This document shows, in pieces, positions 16,501 to 25,680 of a stretch of 64,000 bases of DNA; the stretch's first letter is position 1; each line of letters starts with the position of its first letter. The stretch is from Candidatus Eiseniibacteriota bacterium (GTDB lineage: Bacteria > Eisenbacteria > RBG-16-71-46 > CAZAMP01). The translations under genes and the position numbers were made by a program. Location: assembly GCA_965224245.1 (NCBI GenBank), contig OZ245046.1, positions 640,001 through 704,000 on the forward strand, written 5' to 3'. The notes below the pieces were generated by a model, which made no database searches, was not told the DNA's origin, and saw only the letters and a program-made list of their open reading frames with translations.

Positions 16501-19111
16501 CCCGGTCACCGACACGGCCTCCACCATCGCGAGCTCACCGTTCTTCGTCGACCCGACCGACATCGTCGCGACCGCCGACGGCTACCTCGTGCTCGACGAG
16601 GACGCCGATCCGTTCAGCATCGGACAGAGTCCCGGCGCCGTGTTCGAGATCCTCGACGCCACCGGCGCGGTGGTGGACGCGCTCTCCGACCCGGTCATGC
16701 ACCAGCCGCAGGGTTTCGCGCTGGACACCGACGGCACGCTGATCATCGCCGACCCCGGGGCGGTGGCCGTGGATGGCGTGCAGGGTCAGGGCGCGTTGCT
16801 GCGTGCCGATCTCGACGCCGAGACCATCGTGCCGCTCATCACGGGAACGGGCTGGGTCGCGATCCGCGACGTGGTGCTGCATCCGAGCGGCGACTACATC
16901 GTCTGCGACGAGAACGCCGACCCGCGAGGCCTCGGGGGAGACACCGGCGCGCTCTACCGCGTCAATCGCGACGATCTGTCGGTGACCGTCTTCGGGTCGG
17001 GTCCGGGTCTCGTCAATCCACGACGGCTGACGCTCTCGTCGACCGGCCGCGTGCTCGTCGCCGACCGCGGCAACACGTCCAGTCCGGTGAGGGTCTGGCG
17101 CATCGACGAGGTGGGTGGCGTTCCGCGTCTTCACTGGGAGCCCGAGGATCTGGGGAGCGTGAACGCGATCTTCGTCCTCGACGTGCCCACGTTGACGTCC
17201 AGTCGATTCTCGGTGACCGATCTGAACGGCTCGCCGGTCCGCCCTGGGGACGTCGTTCGCTATCGCTTCGACGTGCGCAACACCGGATCGTTCCCGGCGA
17301 ACCCGGTGCTGGTCGAGATCGTGGGGTCACCCCTGGGCGCGGTCCAGCCGGGGTCGGTGGTCGTTGACACCGGCACGGCCACCGCCGACGACCGCGCGGT
17401 CAACTTCGCCGCCACCGTCCCGCCGGGCGGGGCGGCCTCGGTCACGTTCGACTACACGGTCGCGACCGGCCTGAGCGAAGGCACCCCGATCATCACCGAG
17501 GCCACGCTGGACGCCGGCAACGACCTGATCACGTCGGTCCTCGACGTTCAGCGGATTCCGCTGGAGCTCGACCCGAACGACCTCGTCGTGCTGGATCGGA
17601 CCGCGGCGTCGGGCGAGGTGGTCTCGGGCTCGGGCACGGTGTTCCGCTGGGACGCCGACGGCGATACGCTGAATCCGATCGCGAGCTACCTCGAGTTCGA
17701 GCGGCTGGAGTCCATCGCGATCGACCCGACCGACCCCGAGGCGCTCTACGTCTGCGACTCGATCACCGATCCCGACGGTCTCGGGACCGACACCGGCGCC
17801 GTGTTCAGGATCGGCACGCGCGACGGCCGGTCGATCGCACGGTACACGGGCCCGGAGCTCGTCGCGCCGATGAGCGTGTTCTTCGGACCCGACGGGGAGC
17901 CCTACGTCGCCGATCTGAACGCCGACCCGCTGGGAATCGGCATTCCGTCCGGCGCCGTCTTCGCGCTGGATCCGATCACCGGCGATCTGACGCTGGCGGC
18001 GGCGTCACCCTCGTTCCGCCAGCCCCGTCACGGCACGGTCCTCCCGGACGGCACGATGCTCGTGGTCGACCGCGGCGCCGATCCGTACGGGCTCGGGGAC
18101 AACGTCGGCACGATCTTCACGGTCTCGCCGAGCGGGGTCGTGGACGTGCTGGCGACCGGCGGGTTCCTCGTGGATCCCGTCTGGGCGGTCCGTTACCCGG
18201 ACGGGTCGTACGTCGTCGTGGACGAGAACAGCAACCCCGGCGAGACCCCGGGCTTCACCGGCGCGCTGCTTCGATTGAACCCCACGAGCGGCTTCCTGCA
18301 GGTGCTCGCTGTCTCGGAGGCCTTCTCGCTGCCGCAGATGGCCAAGATCGGCTCGCAGGGCGAGATCTACGTGGTCGATCGTCTGGCCGATCCCAACGGA
18401 GCCGAGCCCGGTCGGGGCGCCATCCTCCGGTGGCACCCGTCGGATGGCAACGTCACGGTGTTCGCGTTCACGCCTCGGTTCCGGAGCCCCATCGGCGTGG
18501 AGTTCGTGGACAGCCCGACCCCGGTGCGGGCGGTGGACGTCGCGGCCTCGATCCCGCGGTCGGGAACCGTGCGACTCGAATGGGACGTCCGGGCGGACGA
18601 GGCCATCGCGCGCATCGACGTGTATCGTGCGTCGCTCCCCGATGCCGGTGCGATGCCCGCTCCCGGGGACCGACTGACCGGGGACGGACTCTCACCGACG
18701 ACGCGTGCGTACGAGGACGTGGGTCTGCCGGTCGACGCCGAGTTTAGGTACTGGGTGGGGTTGACCGGTGTGTCCGGGACGTCCACACTCTCCGGTTCGA
18801 TCGACGTGACGGTCACCGTCGATGCGCCCCGTGTGTTTGCGCTCCGCGCGGCCCGACCGAATCCGTTCTCGTCGCACACCGCGTTCGCGTTCGACGTTCC
18901 CCAGCCGGGGCATCGTGTCGCCATTCGCGTGTACGACATCGCAGGACGCCGCGTCAGGACGCTCGTCGACGACGACGTCGTGCCCGGCGTGCACGTCGTG
19001 TCCTGGGATGGACACGACCAGCGCGGGGCGCGCGTGGCACCCGGAGTGTATTTCTATCGAATGACCTCGCCGGGCTTCGTCGAGACGCGCCGGGCCGTCG
19101 TGCTGAGGTAG
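13577..19111 (+). CDS. Giant secreted protein: NHL-like beta-propellers alternating with DUF11-like Ig domains, FlgD/T9SS-like CTD (1844 aa)
   Basis: Signal peptide MRLL..GSVRA-Q; repeated propeller blades; three DLNGxxxxP(G/F)D Ig starts; PNPF..WDGHD..GVYFYR CTD. Confidence 0.85.
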   Translation: MRLLDHSRGPRSLPLLAALCGVAVLAGSVRAQLVDQKLLICDTTAQHAEEYPGVGSLLLQAITGDSSTVFYNAPPLKLPFAATVDVGGAIVMTDRGAVAPGDPGGNGAVIRFHPFSTDVDFVVGSPLFDEICDVAVNADGRILVADKRANPLGLPQGDTGAIYAIDPATHEVSVFSSLSDFVDPVGVLVDSTGAVYVIDENSNPFGFEDGSGAIWEIDRNTGAFVRLVTTSPEFSTPGDAVRVGNFLYLLDTTALVTNGTVSRNSGDVFRIDLVSGEPIRYFPFTPFFVRISDIEYLAGKFWLIDRDITFPEGGSGGLYSVDPRGTRRPSRFTGSPLWSDPRSIVFLPTSRIDVVRHEFVDLNGPPLSPFDELAFEVELGNSVTVGSGFALTDSLEAFLTVDPLSIVVDSGEASLTTVPRPAITWTGSIGVGESAMMTFRATLGEVERLRQPLEVVAELRDDGAGQLVSTIRDTVYRELADDEVIIADAVSFVTNGRLLVVRGDGESYESIVEPPEELLDPTRLLSPTDVVVDTAGVVFVVDPQIQVPPDSVGYGAVLRYRPTTGELDLFSVRPSYRDPVALAIDPGGRLLVLDNGIVVPGGGRGVLFSLDLETGAVMDSVSDSRWVQPEKVAFNSRGEILVLDRRSEIGGYEGAQGAVFRITAEGDVFVDTVSPEFRQLRAIVPVGVADYLLVDSQRDAVFISTAEGVSVFAQSAQFQSPWAATITRFGDLLVADNANSTIFRVSLATGDVEPFIQIPILELPIALATRPAPRFEGSSFIAFDLNGGNVLPGDVIRWNLQIRNTGTLNADAVLAVNELPAHAEMEVGSLGASAGSASYDALTREVHWEGSLEIGAVANIFYRTALSTAIGMGTRVTNTAIVTPESGEPLVFTRTLVARGPFLAGDLLAVDPDTGGGTLYRRDVVTDLADLMVEGEPFVTPVAVTVDAAQRAVILDQNADPSGAGDARGAVFRYDPVTDTASTIASSPFFVDPTDIVATADGYLVLDEDADPFSIGQSPGAVFEILDATGAVVDALSDPVMHQPQGFALDTDGTLIIADPGAVAVDGVQGQGALLRADLDAETIVPLITGTGWVAIRDVVLHPSGDYIVCDENADPRGLGGDTGALYRVNRDDLSVTVFGSGPGLVNPRRLTLSSTGRVLVADRGNTSSPVRVWRIDEVGGVPRLHWEPEDLGSVNAIFVLDVPTLTSSRFSVTDLNGSPVRPGDVVRYRFDVRNTGSFPANPVLVEIVGSPLGAVQPGSVVVDTGTATADDRAVNFAATVPPGGAASVTFDYTVATGLSEGTPIITEATLDAGNDLITSVLDVQRIPLELDPNDLVVLDRTAASGEVVSGSGTVFRWDADGDTLNPIASYLEFERLESIAIDPTDPEALYVCDSITDPDGLGTDTGAVFRIGTRDGRSIARYTGPELVAPMSVFFGPDGEPYVADLNADPLGIGIPSGAVFALDPITGDLTLAAASPSFRQPRHGTVLPDGTMLVVDRGADPYGLGDNVGTIFTVSPSGVVDVLATGGFLVDPVWAVRYPDGSYVVVDENSNPGETPGFTGALLRLNPTSGFLQVLAVSEAFSLPQMAKIGSQGEIYVVDRLADPNGAEPGRGAILRWHPSDGNVTVFAFTPRFRSPIGVEFVDSPTPVRAVDVAASIPRSGTVRLEWDVRADEAIARIDVYRASLPDAGAMPAPGDRLTGDGLSPTTRAYEDVGLPVDAEFRYWVGLTGVSGTSTLSGSIDVTVTVDAPRVFALRAARPNPFSSHTAFAFDVPQPGHRVAIRVYDIAGRRVRTLVDDDVVPGVHVVSWDGHDQRGARVAPGVYFYRMTSPGFVETRRAVVLR

Positions 19112-19137
19112 CCGGGGAACCGCCTGGGGACTGGCCA

Positions 19138-20130
19138 ATGTGGACGAAGGTCATCGAGCTGCTCGAGGGCGCGGGCCGGGTCGTGCTCACCACCCACGTC
19201 GGATCCGACGGCGACGGAATCGGCTCGGAGCTGGCGCTCGGGCGCACCCTCGCCGGGGCCGGCAAGACGGTCTCGATCCTCAACCCGACGCGCACCCAGG
19301 ACCGCTACCGGTTCCTGTTCGAGGACGGCGAGATCGTCGACTACGACGCGTCGCAGGACGCCGTCGTGGCCGCCGCGGACGTGATCGTCGTGCTCGACAT
19401 CAACCGCTGGGACCGTCTGGGCGATCTGTCCGACCTCGTCCGCCGGAGCAACGCGGTCAAGCTGTGTGTCGATCACCATCCGGCGCCCGAGTACTTCGGC
19501 GCCTACGATGTCTCCGATCCGACCGCCTCCGCCACCGGGGTGCTGGTCGCCGAGCTCATCCAGTCCTGGGTGGGCCGGCTGTCCGACGACACGCTCTCGC
19601 CGCTGTACGTGGCCATCATGACCGACACCGGTAGCTTCCGCTTCGCGAACACCGACAGTCGGGCCATGCGCATCGCCGCCGATCTCGTCGAGCGCGGCGT
19701 CCGTCCCGACGAGCTGTACCGGCGCGTGTACGAGTCGAGCTCCCGCGGGCGCATGCTGCTCCTCGGAAACGTGCTGTCGTCCCTGGAGTACGAGCTGGGC
19801 GGACGTCTCGTCACGTTCACGATCACGAACGCACTCCTCGCGGAGTGCGGCGTCGATCGTGAGGAGGCCGAGGGGTTCACCGACGTCATCCGCGCGGTGG
19901 AGGGCTCGCTCGTCGTCCTGTCCTTCGTCGAGAACGACGACGGGAGCGCCAAGATCAGCCTGCGGTCCAAGGGACGCGTCCTCGACGTGGGGCTGATCGC
20001 GCGGGAGTTCGGAGGGGGTGGGCACGCGAACGCCTCGGGTATCCTCCACCCGAGCCCGCTCGTCGAGGCGCGAGAGGACGTCTTGCGCGTGATACGCGAA
20101 CGGTTGTCGAACACGACCGTCGGGAGCTGA
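19138..20130 (+). CDS. nrnA: DHH/DHHA1 phosphoesterase (NrnA-like oligoribonuclease/pAp phosphatase)
   Basis: THVGSDGDGIGS, DHH, TDTGSFRF, SLRS, GGGGHANASG. Confidence 0.9.
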   Translation: MWTKVIELLEGAGRVVLTTHVGSDGDGIGSELALGRTLAGAGKTVSILNPTRTQDRYRFLFEDGEIVDYDASQDAVVAAADVIVVLDINRWDRLGDLSDLVRRSNAVKLCVDHHPAPEYFGAYDVSDPTASATGVLVAELIQSWVGRLSDDTLSPLYVAIMTDTGSFRFANTDSRAMRIAADLVERGVRPDELYRRVYESSSRGRMLLLGNVLSSLEYELGGRLVTFTITNALLAECGVDREEAEGFTDVIRAVEGSLVVLSFVENDDGSAKISLRSKGRVLDVGLIAREFGGGGHANASGILHPSPLVEAREDVLRVIRERLSNTTVGS

Positions 20131-21950
20131 TGCGTCCGATGAGAGGCGGCGGTCGTTTCGCCCTGATCCTCGCCGTCATCGTGGTGGCGGCCGGCATCAT
20201 CCGAGCGGCCGTGTTCGCCCAGAGTCACGACTGGATCGTGTTCACCCGGCCCGTCCTCGACGCAGCGTTCTACGACGAGTCCGCCCGCGCGCTCCTGAGC
20301 GGCCAGTGGCCGGGCGCCGATCCGTACTTCATGGGACCGCTCTACACGTACGTGGTGGCCACGCTGTACGTCGCGTTCGGATCAGACGTCGTCGTGATCC
20401 GGATCGCGCAGATGCTGATGGGCTGCGCTCTCGTAGGAACGGTCGGCATCCTGGGACGACGTCTTTTCGGTACGCTGGCCGGATTACTGGCCGCGGGCTT
20501 CACGGCGCTGTACGGACCGCTCGTGTTCATCGAGCAGCTCCCGTTGATGGCCACGTGCGTCACCCTCCTGTCCCTGCTCCTGTTCGAGCGCGCCTGGGCC
20601 TGGCGCGACGGCGACGGGCTCCGGGCCGCGATCCCGGCAGGACTTCTCCTCGGGGCGCTCGTCGCGATGCGCGGCACGACGATCGCCTATCTCGTTCCGA
20701 TCGTGATGATGGCGCGCTGGCGCCCGGGTAGCCTCCGGCTGGTTCCCGTGGCGCTCGCGGGCGCCGCCCTCGTGATGGCGCCGTTCACGTTGCACAACCT
20801 GACCAGCGGGAGCCGGGCGCTCACGACCACGTCTCTCGGATGGAATCTCTACATCGGCAACAACGCCTCGGCCAACGGCATGTTCGCCTATCCGAACGGC
20901 GCGCGGGCGGAGACCGATCCCACGGGTCGGGAGTTCGCGTCGCAGCAGGTGGGGCGGCACCTGACCCCGGACGAGACCAATCGCTACTGGCTCGACGCCG
21001 CGCTCCGCCATGCACGGGAAGACCCGCTCGACCTCGCACGGCTGTGGCTCCGGAAGCTCGTGCTGACCGTGCAGAACGACGAGATCCCCCAGAACGAGAA
21101 CTTCCGCTTCTTCATCGCCAACAACTCGAACGCCCAGATCGCGGTCTTCGGCTTCTGGCTCGCGCTGCCGCTCGCGCTGGCATCGCTGGTCACGCTCCGG
21201 CGACACCGGGCGGCGCTGAACTACCTCTTCGCGTTCGCGGCGGTGCCCCTCTTGACGTCGGTCGTGTTCTTCGCCACCGCGCGCTACCGGGTGCCGGCCG
21301 TGCCCTTTCTGCTCCTGATGGGGGGAGCGGTGGTGTCGGAGTGGCTCCGGCCGGATGCGGTGCGCCGCCGCCGTGACGTCATCGGAGCGGCCGTCACGTT
21401 CGCCGTGGCGCTGGTCATGCTGGTCGCGCCGGCACCCTACAATCGCGCGGCTGCCACCGCACGCGAGTACGAGCACCTCGGCCTTCGCTTCCAGAACGAG
21501 GGGCAGTTCTGGACGGCCGAATCCAACTATCGCAAGGCGCTGGAGATCAAGCCGGATGACGGCGACGCCTGGAACAACCTCGGAACCGTGCTCGTGTACA
21601 TGGAGAAGTATGCGGCCGCCGAGGACGCGTTCCTGCGCTCGGCCCGCGCCCAGCCCGACAATCCGGTCCCGCTGGTGAACCTCGCGATGCTGCACGGACA
21701 GAACGGCGACCACGCCGGTGCCGAGCGCTTCCTGTCCCGTGCCGTCGCGCTCGACCCCACCGACGCGTCGCTGCTGGTGAACCTCGGTACGGCACAGGCG
21801 CTCCAGGATCGGCTGGCCGACGCGATCGCGACGTTCGAGCGCGCGCTCCGGCTGGATCCGACCCACGTGACCGCGCGCGAAATGCTCAGGAGCGCGCGCG
21901 AGCTGCAGCTGTCGCTGGAGGACGCACCGGGGGAGGAGGGAGGACGGTGA
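20130..21950 (+). CDS. PMT/ArnT-like (GT-C) membrane glycosyltransferase with C-terminal TPRs
   Basis: LDAAFYD..A..PYFMGPLY loop, GWNLYIGNN, RYRVP, 4-5 TPRs; coupled to both neighbours. Confidence 0.8.
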   Translation: MRPMRGGGRFALILAVIVVAAGIIRAAVFAQSHDWIVFTRPVLDAAFYDESARALLSGQWPGADPYFMGPLYTYVVATLYVAFGSDVVVIRIAQMLMGCALVGTVGILGRRLFGTLAGLLAAGFTALYGPLVFIEQLPLMATCVTLLSLLLFERAWAWRDGDGLRAAIPAGLLLGALVAMRGTTIAYLVPIVMMARWRPGSLRLVPVALAGAALVMAPFTLHNLTSGSRALTTTSLGWNLYIGNNASANGMFAYPNGARAETDPTGREFASQQVGRHLTPDETNRYWLDAALRHAREDPLDLARLWLRKLVLTVQNDEIPQNENFRFFIANNSNAQIAVFGFWLALPLALASLVTLRRHRAALNYLFAFAAVPLLTSVVFFATARYRVPAVPFLLLMGGAVVSEWLRPDAVRRRRDVIGAAVTFAVALVMLVAPAPYNRAAATAREYEHLGLRFQNEGQFWTAESNYRKALEIKPDDGDAWNNLGTVLVYMEKYAAAEDAFLRSARAQPDNPVPLVNLAMLHGQNGDHAGAERFLSRAVALDPTDASLLVNLGTAQALQDRLADAIATFERALRLDPTHVTAREMLRSARELQLSLEDAPGEEGGR

Positions 21951-22528
21951 CCCCGGGCTGGGACCACGTCTCGCACGCGATCGGGAGCTACTCGCCGCCC
22001 GACGTCGCGTGGGACGCCGACCTCACGCCCAGTGCGGTGCTGGTGCCGTTGCTCGAGGATGGCGGGGCCCTCTCGATCCTGATGATCGAGCGCGCGACGT
22101 CCGTGGGACGTCATGCCGGCGAGATCGCGTTTCCCGGCGGTGTCGTCGAAGCCGGCGACCGCGACCTCCTCGCAACCGCGCTACGCGAGACGCGAGAGGA
22201 GCTCGCCCTCGCGATCGCGCCGCGGGACGTGCTCGGGCGACTCGACGACTGCGTGACCGGTGGATACTTCATCATGCGTCCGTTCGTGGCGCGCCTGGAG
22301 TCGACGGTCGGCCTGACGCCGAGTCCCGAGGAGGTCGCGGCCGTTCACATCTGGCCGCTGGCCACGTTCGCCGCCGAGGGCGTGTGCCGCGTCGAGAGGC
22401 GTGTCTTCCGCGGCGCGCGGCACGACGTGCCGTTCTTCGAGATCCCGGACTCGCCCGGCGTCACGGTGTGGGGCGCATCGGCGAGGGTCATCTTGAACCT
22501 GCTGGATGTGATCGGTCCAATCGATTGA
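21947..22528 (+). CDS. Nudix hydrolase, CoA pyrophosphatase type
   Basis: SAVLVPL, HAGEIAFPGG..ALRETREE Nudix box, VWGASA. Confidence 0.92.
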   Translation: MTPGWDHVSHAIGSYSPPDVAWDADLTPSAVLVPLLEDGGALSILMIERATSVGRHAGEIAFPGGVVEAGDRDLLATALRETREELALAIAPRDVLGRLDDCVTGGYFIMRPFVARLESTVGLTPSPEEVAAVHIWPLATFAAEGVCRVERRVFRGARHDVPFFEIPDSPGVTVWGASARVILNLLDVIGPID

Positions 22529-22540
22529 CTCACAGTGAAT

Positions 22541-23071
22541 TCAGCGCCTCGGGAAGCCGAGTCCGAACACGACCGCGAACCACTCGGTGTCGCCGAAACG
22601 GATGCGAAACTCCCCGAAGAACGTCGAGCCCGAGTCGAGGTGCCGCTCGATCCCGCCGAGAAGCGTGAGACCCGAATCGCTCGAGTGTGCGGTGCCCGTC
22701 TCGCCGACGCTGGTCCAGAAGTTGGCCCAGTCGATGCCACCTCCCGCGTAGAAGTAGGTATCGGGTGCCACCGGATTCTCGCTCGCGATGACGTGCACCT
22801 CCGGGGTCAGGTCGATCGCCGTGACGTCGTCGCCGAAGCCGAGGGCGCCGGCGACGCCGAAGCGCAGCTTGTCGCCGGGCTCGTAGAGATGCAGATGCGA
22901 TCCGAGCAGCACCTGATCGGGATCGAAGCGGAAGCCGACGCGGACCGCGACCTCGTGAACGCCGAAGTCGGACGTCGATGCGTCCGAGGCGATCGACAGC
23001 GATGCGAGCGCGATGGCGACCGGGCCCACCGGGAGCCGGAGGGAGGGCTTGTGGAGACCGGCCACTGGCAT
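22541..23071 (-). CDS. Small outer-membrane beta-barrel protein
   Basis: Signal-like N-terminus, alternating amphipathic strands (FYAGGGI, GLTLLGGIE, FFGEFRI, VVFGLGF). Confidence 0.65.
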   Translation of the reverse strand: MPVAGLHKPSLRLPVGPVAIALASLSIASDASTSDFGVHEVAVRVGFRFDPDQVLLGSHLHLYEPGDKLRFGVAGALGFGDDVTAIDLTPEVHVIASENPVAPDTYFYAGGGIDWANFWTSVGETGTAHSSDSGLTLLGGIERHLDSGSTFFGEFRIRFGDTEWFAVVFGLGFPRR

Positions 23072-23118
23072 GGTCGTCGTTCCGATCCGGGGACGCGATG
23101 GGTGGCGATTGAGCGCGC

Positions 23119-23148
23119 AGACTACGGAAGCGCTCGACGCGGTGTCAA
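23119..23148 (-). promoter_or_regulatory. sigma70-type promoter
   Basis: TTGACA-N18-TAGTCT upstream of ATG 23071. Confidence 0.55.
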
Positions 23149-23175
23149 GCGGGGGGCCCGCGACCGCCCCCGCCT

Positions 23176-24978
23176 TCACGGCAGCACCAGGAGCTTGCCC
23201 CGTTCGACGCGGGCGCCGGCATGGATACGAAAGGCGTAAACGCCTCCAGCGACTCGCGATCCGGTCACGTCGGTGAGATTCCAGGTGAGCGTGTTGGATC
23301 CCGCGCGAGCAGCGCCGTCGAGGAGTGTGGCCACCCGCCGGCCACGAACGTCGAAGACGTCGATCGAGACCGGTGTGTCGTCGGTGAGGGCGAAGCGAAA
23401 CGTGGCCTCCGATCGTGCCGGGCTCGGGAAGACGCGGACGACGATGTCGGGCCCGACCGAGACGTCGGCCTTCTCGCCGAGGAGCCCCCGCTCGGCCAGA
23501 ACGGCGATCGCGTCGGCGCGGGGGAAGGTCGCATCGAGCCTGACGCCCGTCTCGACGATGACACGTGCCGCGTGCGTCACGTCGGAGTCGGGGAGCAGGA
23601 AGAACAAGCTCTCGAGCACGGCGCGATCCAGCGCCTCGGGACCCACCAGCGGACGGAGCGCCCACAGCGCCGACGCCAGGATCGTTCCGTCGCCGTGGAC
23701 CGAGCCCGTCAGGTCCTCGGGCACGCGCCGGAAGCGGTCCAGCCGCCGGAGGTGCGGCGGACAGGCCGACGAGTACGCTGCCGCGTCCCACTCGGCCAGG
23801 TACGGGTCTCCGGTGAACGAGCACGCGAGGTAGTCTGCGATACCCTCACTGACCGCACGTGACTGCGATGTCTCCGAGTAGGCCGGCTGGGCACGGTGGT
23901 GGAGCGCGTGCCCGAGCTCGTGCAGGATGATCTCGGGATCCTGTGCATCCGGCACGCCGCCGATGCCGAGCGTGATCCGTCCGGTGGCTGGACTGAAGAA
24001 GGAGTTGTCCCCGGAGTAGCCGCGGGCGTCGGCCACGATCGCTCGTCCGCCGAAGCCGCCGACCCCGAGCGACTCGACGTGGTCGAAGTAGCGATCGATC
24101 GTGAAGTAGCACATGGCCTGCTCGAACCCCGGGTGGCTGGGGGGGTACCGGAAGTCCGCCTCGAGGGAGAAGGCCCGCGGGCCGTCACCGTTGATCGCGC
24201 GGACACGATCTCCGTCGAGGTAGCCCGAGCCATCCAGCCGGTCGAGCGTCACGTCGGAGACGAACGGAGCGAGATCGGCGTCCGACGCATCGGGGTTCGC
24301 TCCGCACCCGAGCGCCGGGTTCTGGAGGAACGCACGCCCGTCGCCGGTGAGGTGGCAGAGATGATTCTCGATCGAGCGGACCGTGCTCGACTCGGCGTCG
24401 ACGATGGCCACGAAGTCGCCGAGCGGTGACTCGGCGGGGAGCGTCACGCGATAGGCTGGAGCGGGGCGTCCGTCGAGGATGGCCCAGACCTCAGCGGCCG
24501 TCGGCTCGGCCCGGAGTCGCGTCACCGCGAGGTGGTCCGTCGTGCGCTCCACCGCGCGCGCGGCGGCGGCGGTGCTCCAGGACGAGGAGCTCGCCATCGC
24601 CCGGTGCGCGGCGTGAGGAGCGAAGCGCGCGGTGACGGCCCGGGTTCCGTCGTCCAGCTCGTGCTCGACGGCCCAGGAGCCGACGAGCGGACGGCCTTCG
24701 ATCGTCTGTTCGAAGACCGTGTGCGTGCCCGTGCCCGAGCCGATCCGCGAGCGGATCCGCCAGCTGACGCCGGCCACCGGGCTCTGGATGCCACGAGCCG
24801 TCATCGGGGCCACGGTGTCGATCCGTCGCCAGTGGGCGTCCTCGCGCGGCGTGTCCAGGGGAACGGCGACCAGCATGACCACGAGCGAGACCGCGACGAG
24901 GCCCACGGACAGGACCGGCCCGCGGGAGGAGCCGTCTCGGGAGGCCGGAGGGGTCGGGGGTGGGGTGGCGCGCGTCAT
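23176..24978 (-). CDS. Secreted M36/M4-like zinc metallopeptidase with propeptide and FlgD/T9SS-like CTD
   Basis: FTP/PepSY-like propeptide, DNSFF, HELGH, SEGIADY, VHGDG; CTD ending GVYAFR. Confidence 0.88.
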   Translation of the reverse strand: MTRATPPPTPPASRDGSSRGPVLSVGLVAVSLVVMLVAVPLDTPREDAHWRRIDTVAPMTARGIQSPVAGVSWRIRSRIGSGTGTHTVFEQTIEGRPLVGSWAVEHELDDGTRAVTARFAPHAAHRAMASSSSWSTAAAARAVERTTDHLAVTRLRAEPTAAEVWAILDGRPAPAYRVTLPAESPLGDFVAIVDAESSTVRSIENHLCHLTGDGRAFLQNPALGCGANPDASDADLAPFVSDVTLDRLDGSGYLDGDRVRAINGDGPRAFSLEADFRYPPSHPGFEQAMCYFTIDRYFDHVESLGVGGFGGRAIVADARGYSGDNSFFSPATGRITLGIGGVPDAQDPEIILHELGHALHHRAQPAYSETSQSRAVSEGIADYLACSFTGDPYLAEWDAAAYSSACPPHLRRLDRFRRVPEDLTGSVHGDGTILASALWALRPLVGPEALDRAVLESLFFLLPDSDVTHAARVIVETGVRLDATFPRADAIAVLAERGLLGEKADVSVGPDIVVRVFPSPARSEATFRFALTDDTPVSIDVFDVRGRRVATLLDGAARAGSNTLTWNLTDVTGSRVAGGVYAFRIHAGARVERGKLLVLP

Positions 24979-25268
24979 GAGGATGCCCCGTCGTGGTCGT
25001 TTCCGGCTGGAGAGACGTGTGTTCAGGGGAGTTTATCGGACGGCCCGGGGCGGTCTTGCACTTCTCTTCGGTCACCGGGGCCGACCCATCGACACCGTGC
25101 GAGGCACGGCTCCGCGACCGGACGCCGAGCCCCGGATCGGAAGGGCCGAAGTCGACCACGGCGGCTCCGCGCGCCCGGAGGTGACGGCCGACGCCGGGTC
25201 GACACCTCGCGTGGGCGAGAACGCTTTCGATGGGCGAGGCACGGTGTACCATTCCGTGTCGAGCCGGC

Positions 25269-25616
25269 ATGGTGGACGAGGCGAACTGGAGACCCTCCGA
25301 TGAACGAATGGTCAACACCGGTGTCCTCACCGATCACCAGGGCAAGGGTGTGTACACGCGCATGCTGCCGGTGCTCATGGACCGCGTGCGCCGAGAGGGC
25401 TTTCAGATCATGTTCAGCCGTCACCGTGCCGCGAGCAACCGCGTGATCGTTCCCAAGCTCGAGGCCGGGTTCGTGATCAGCGGCTTCGAGACATCCGACG
25501 TGTTCGGACTGCTGGTGCAGTTCTCCTACTACCCCAATCCGGACCGACGTCGGGCCATGGACGTGTGGACCGGAGAGCTGGCGGCGGACGCGCGAATGCG
25601 CGAGCTGGGCATCTAG
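25269..25616 (+). pseudogene. N-terminally truncated GNAT acetyltransferase
   Basis: MVNTGVLTDHQGKGVY (AcCoA motif A) and NRVIVPKLEAGF, but only about 13 residues precede motif A. Confidence 0.6.
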
Positions 25617-25680
25617 GGCGGGAGAGCCGGCCCGCGATCGGTCGACCGGCAACCACTCAGTCCGCCGATACGGAGGAGCC

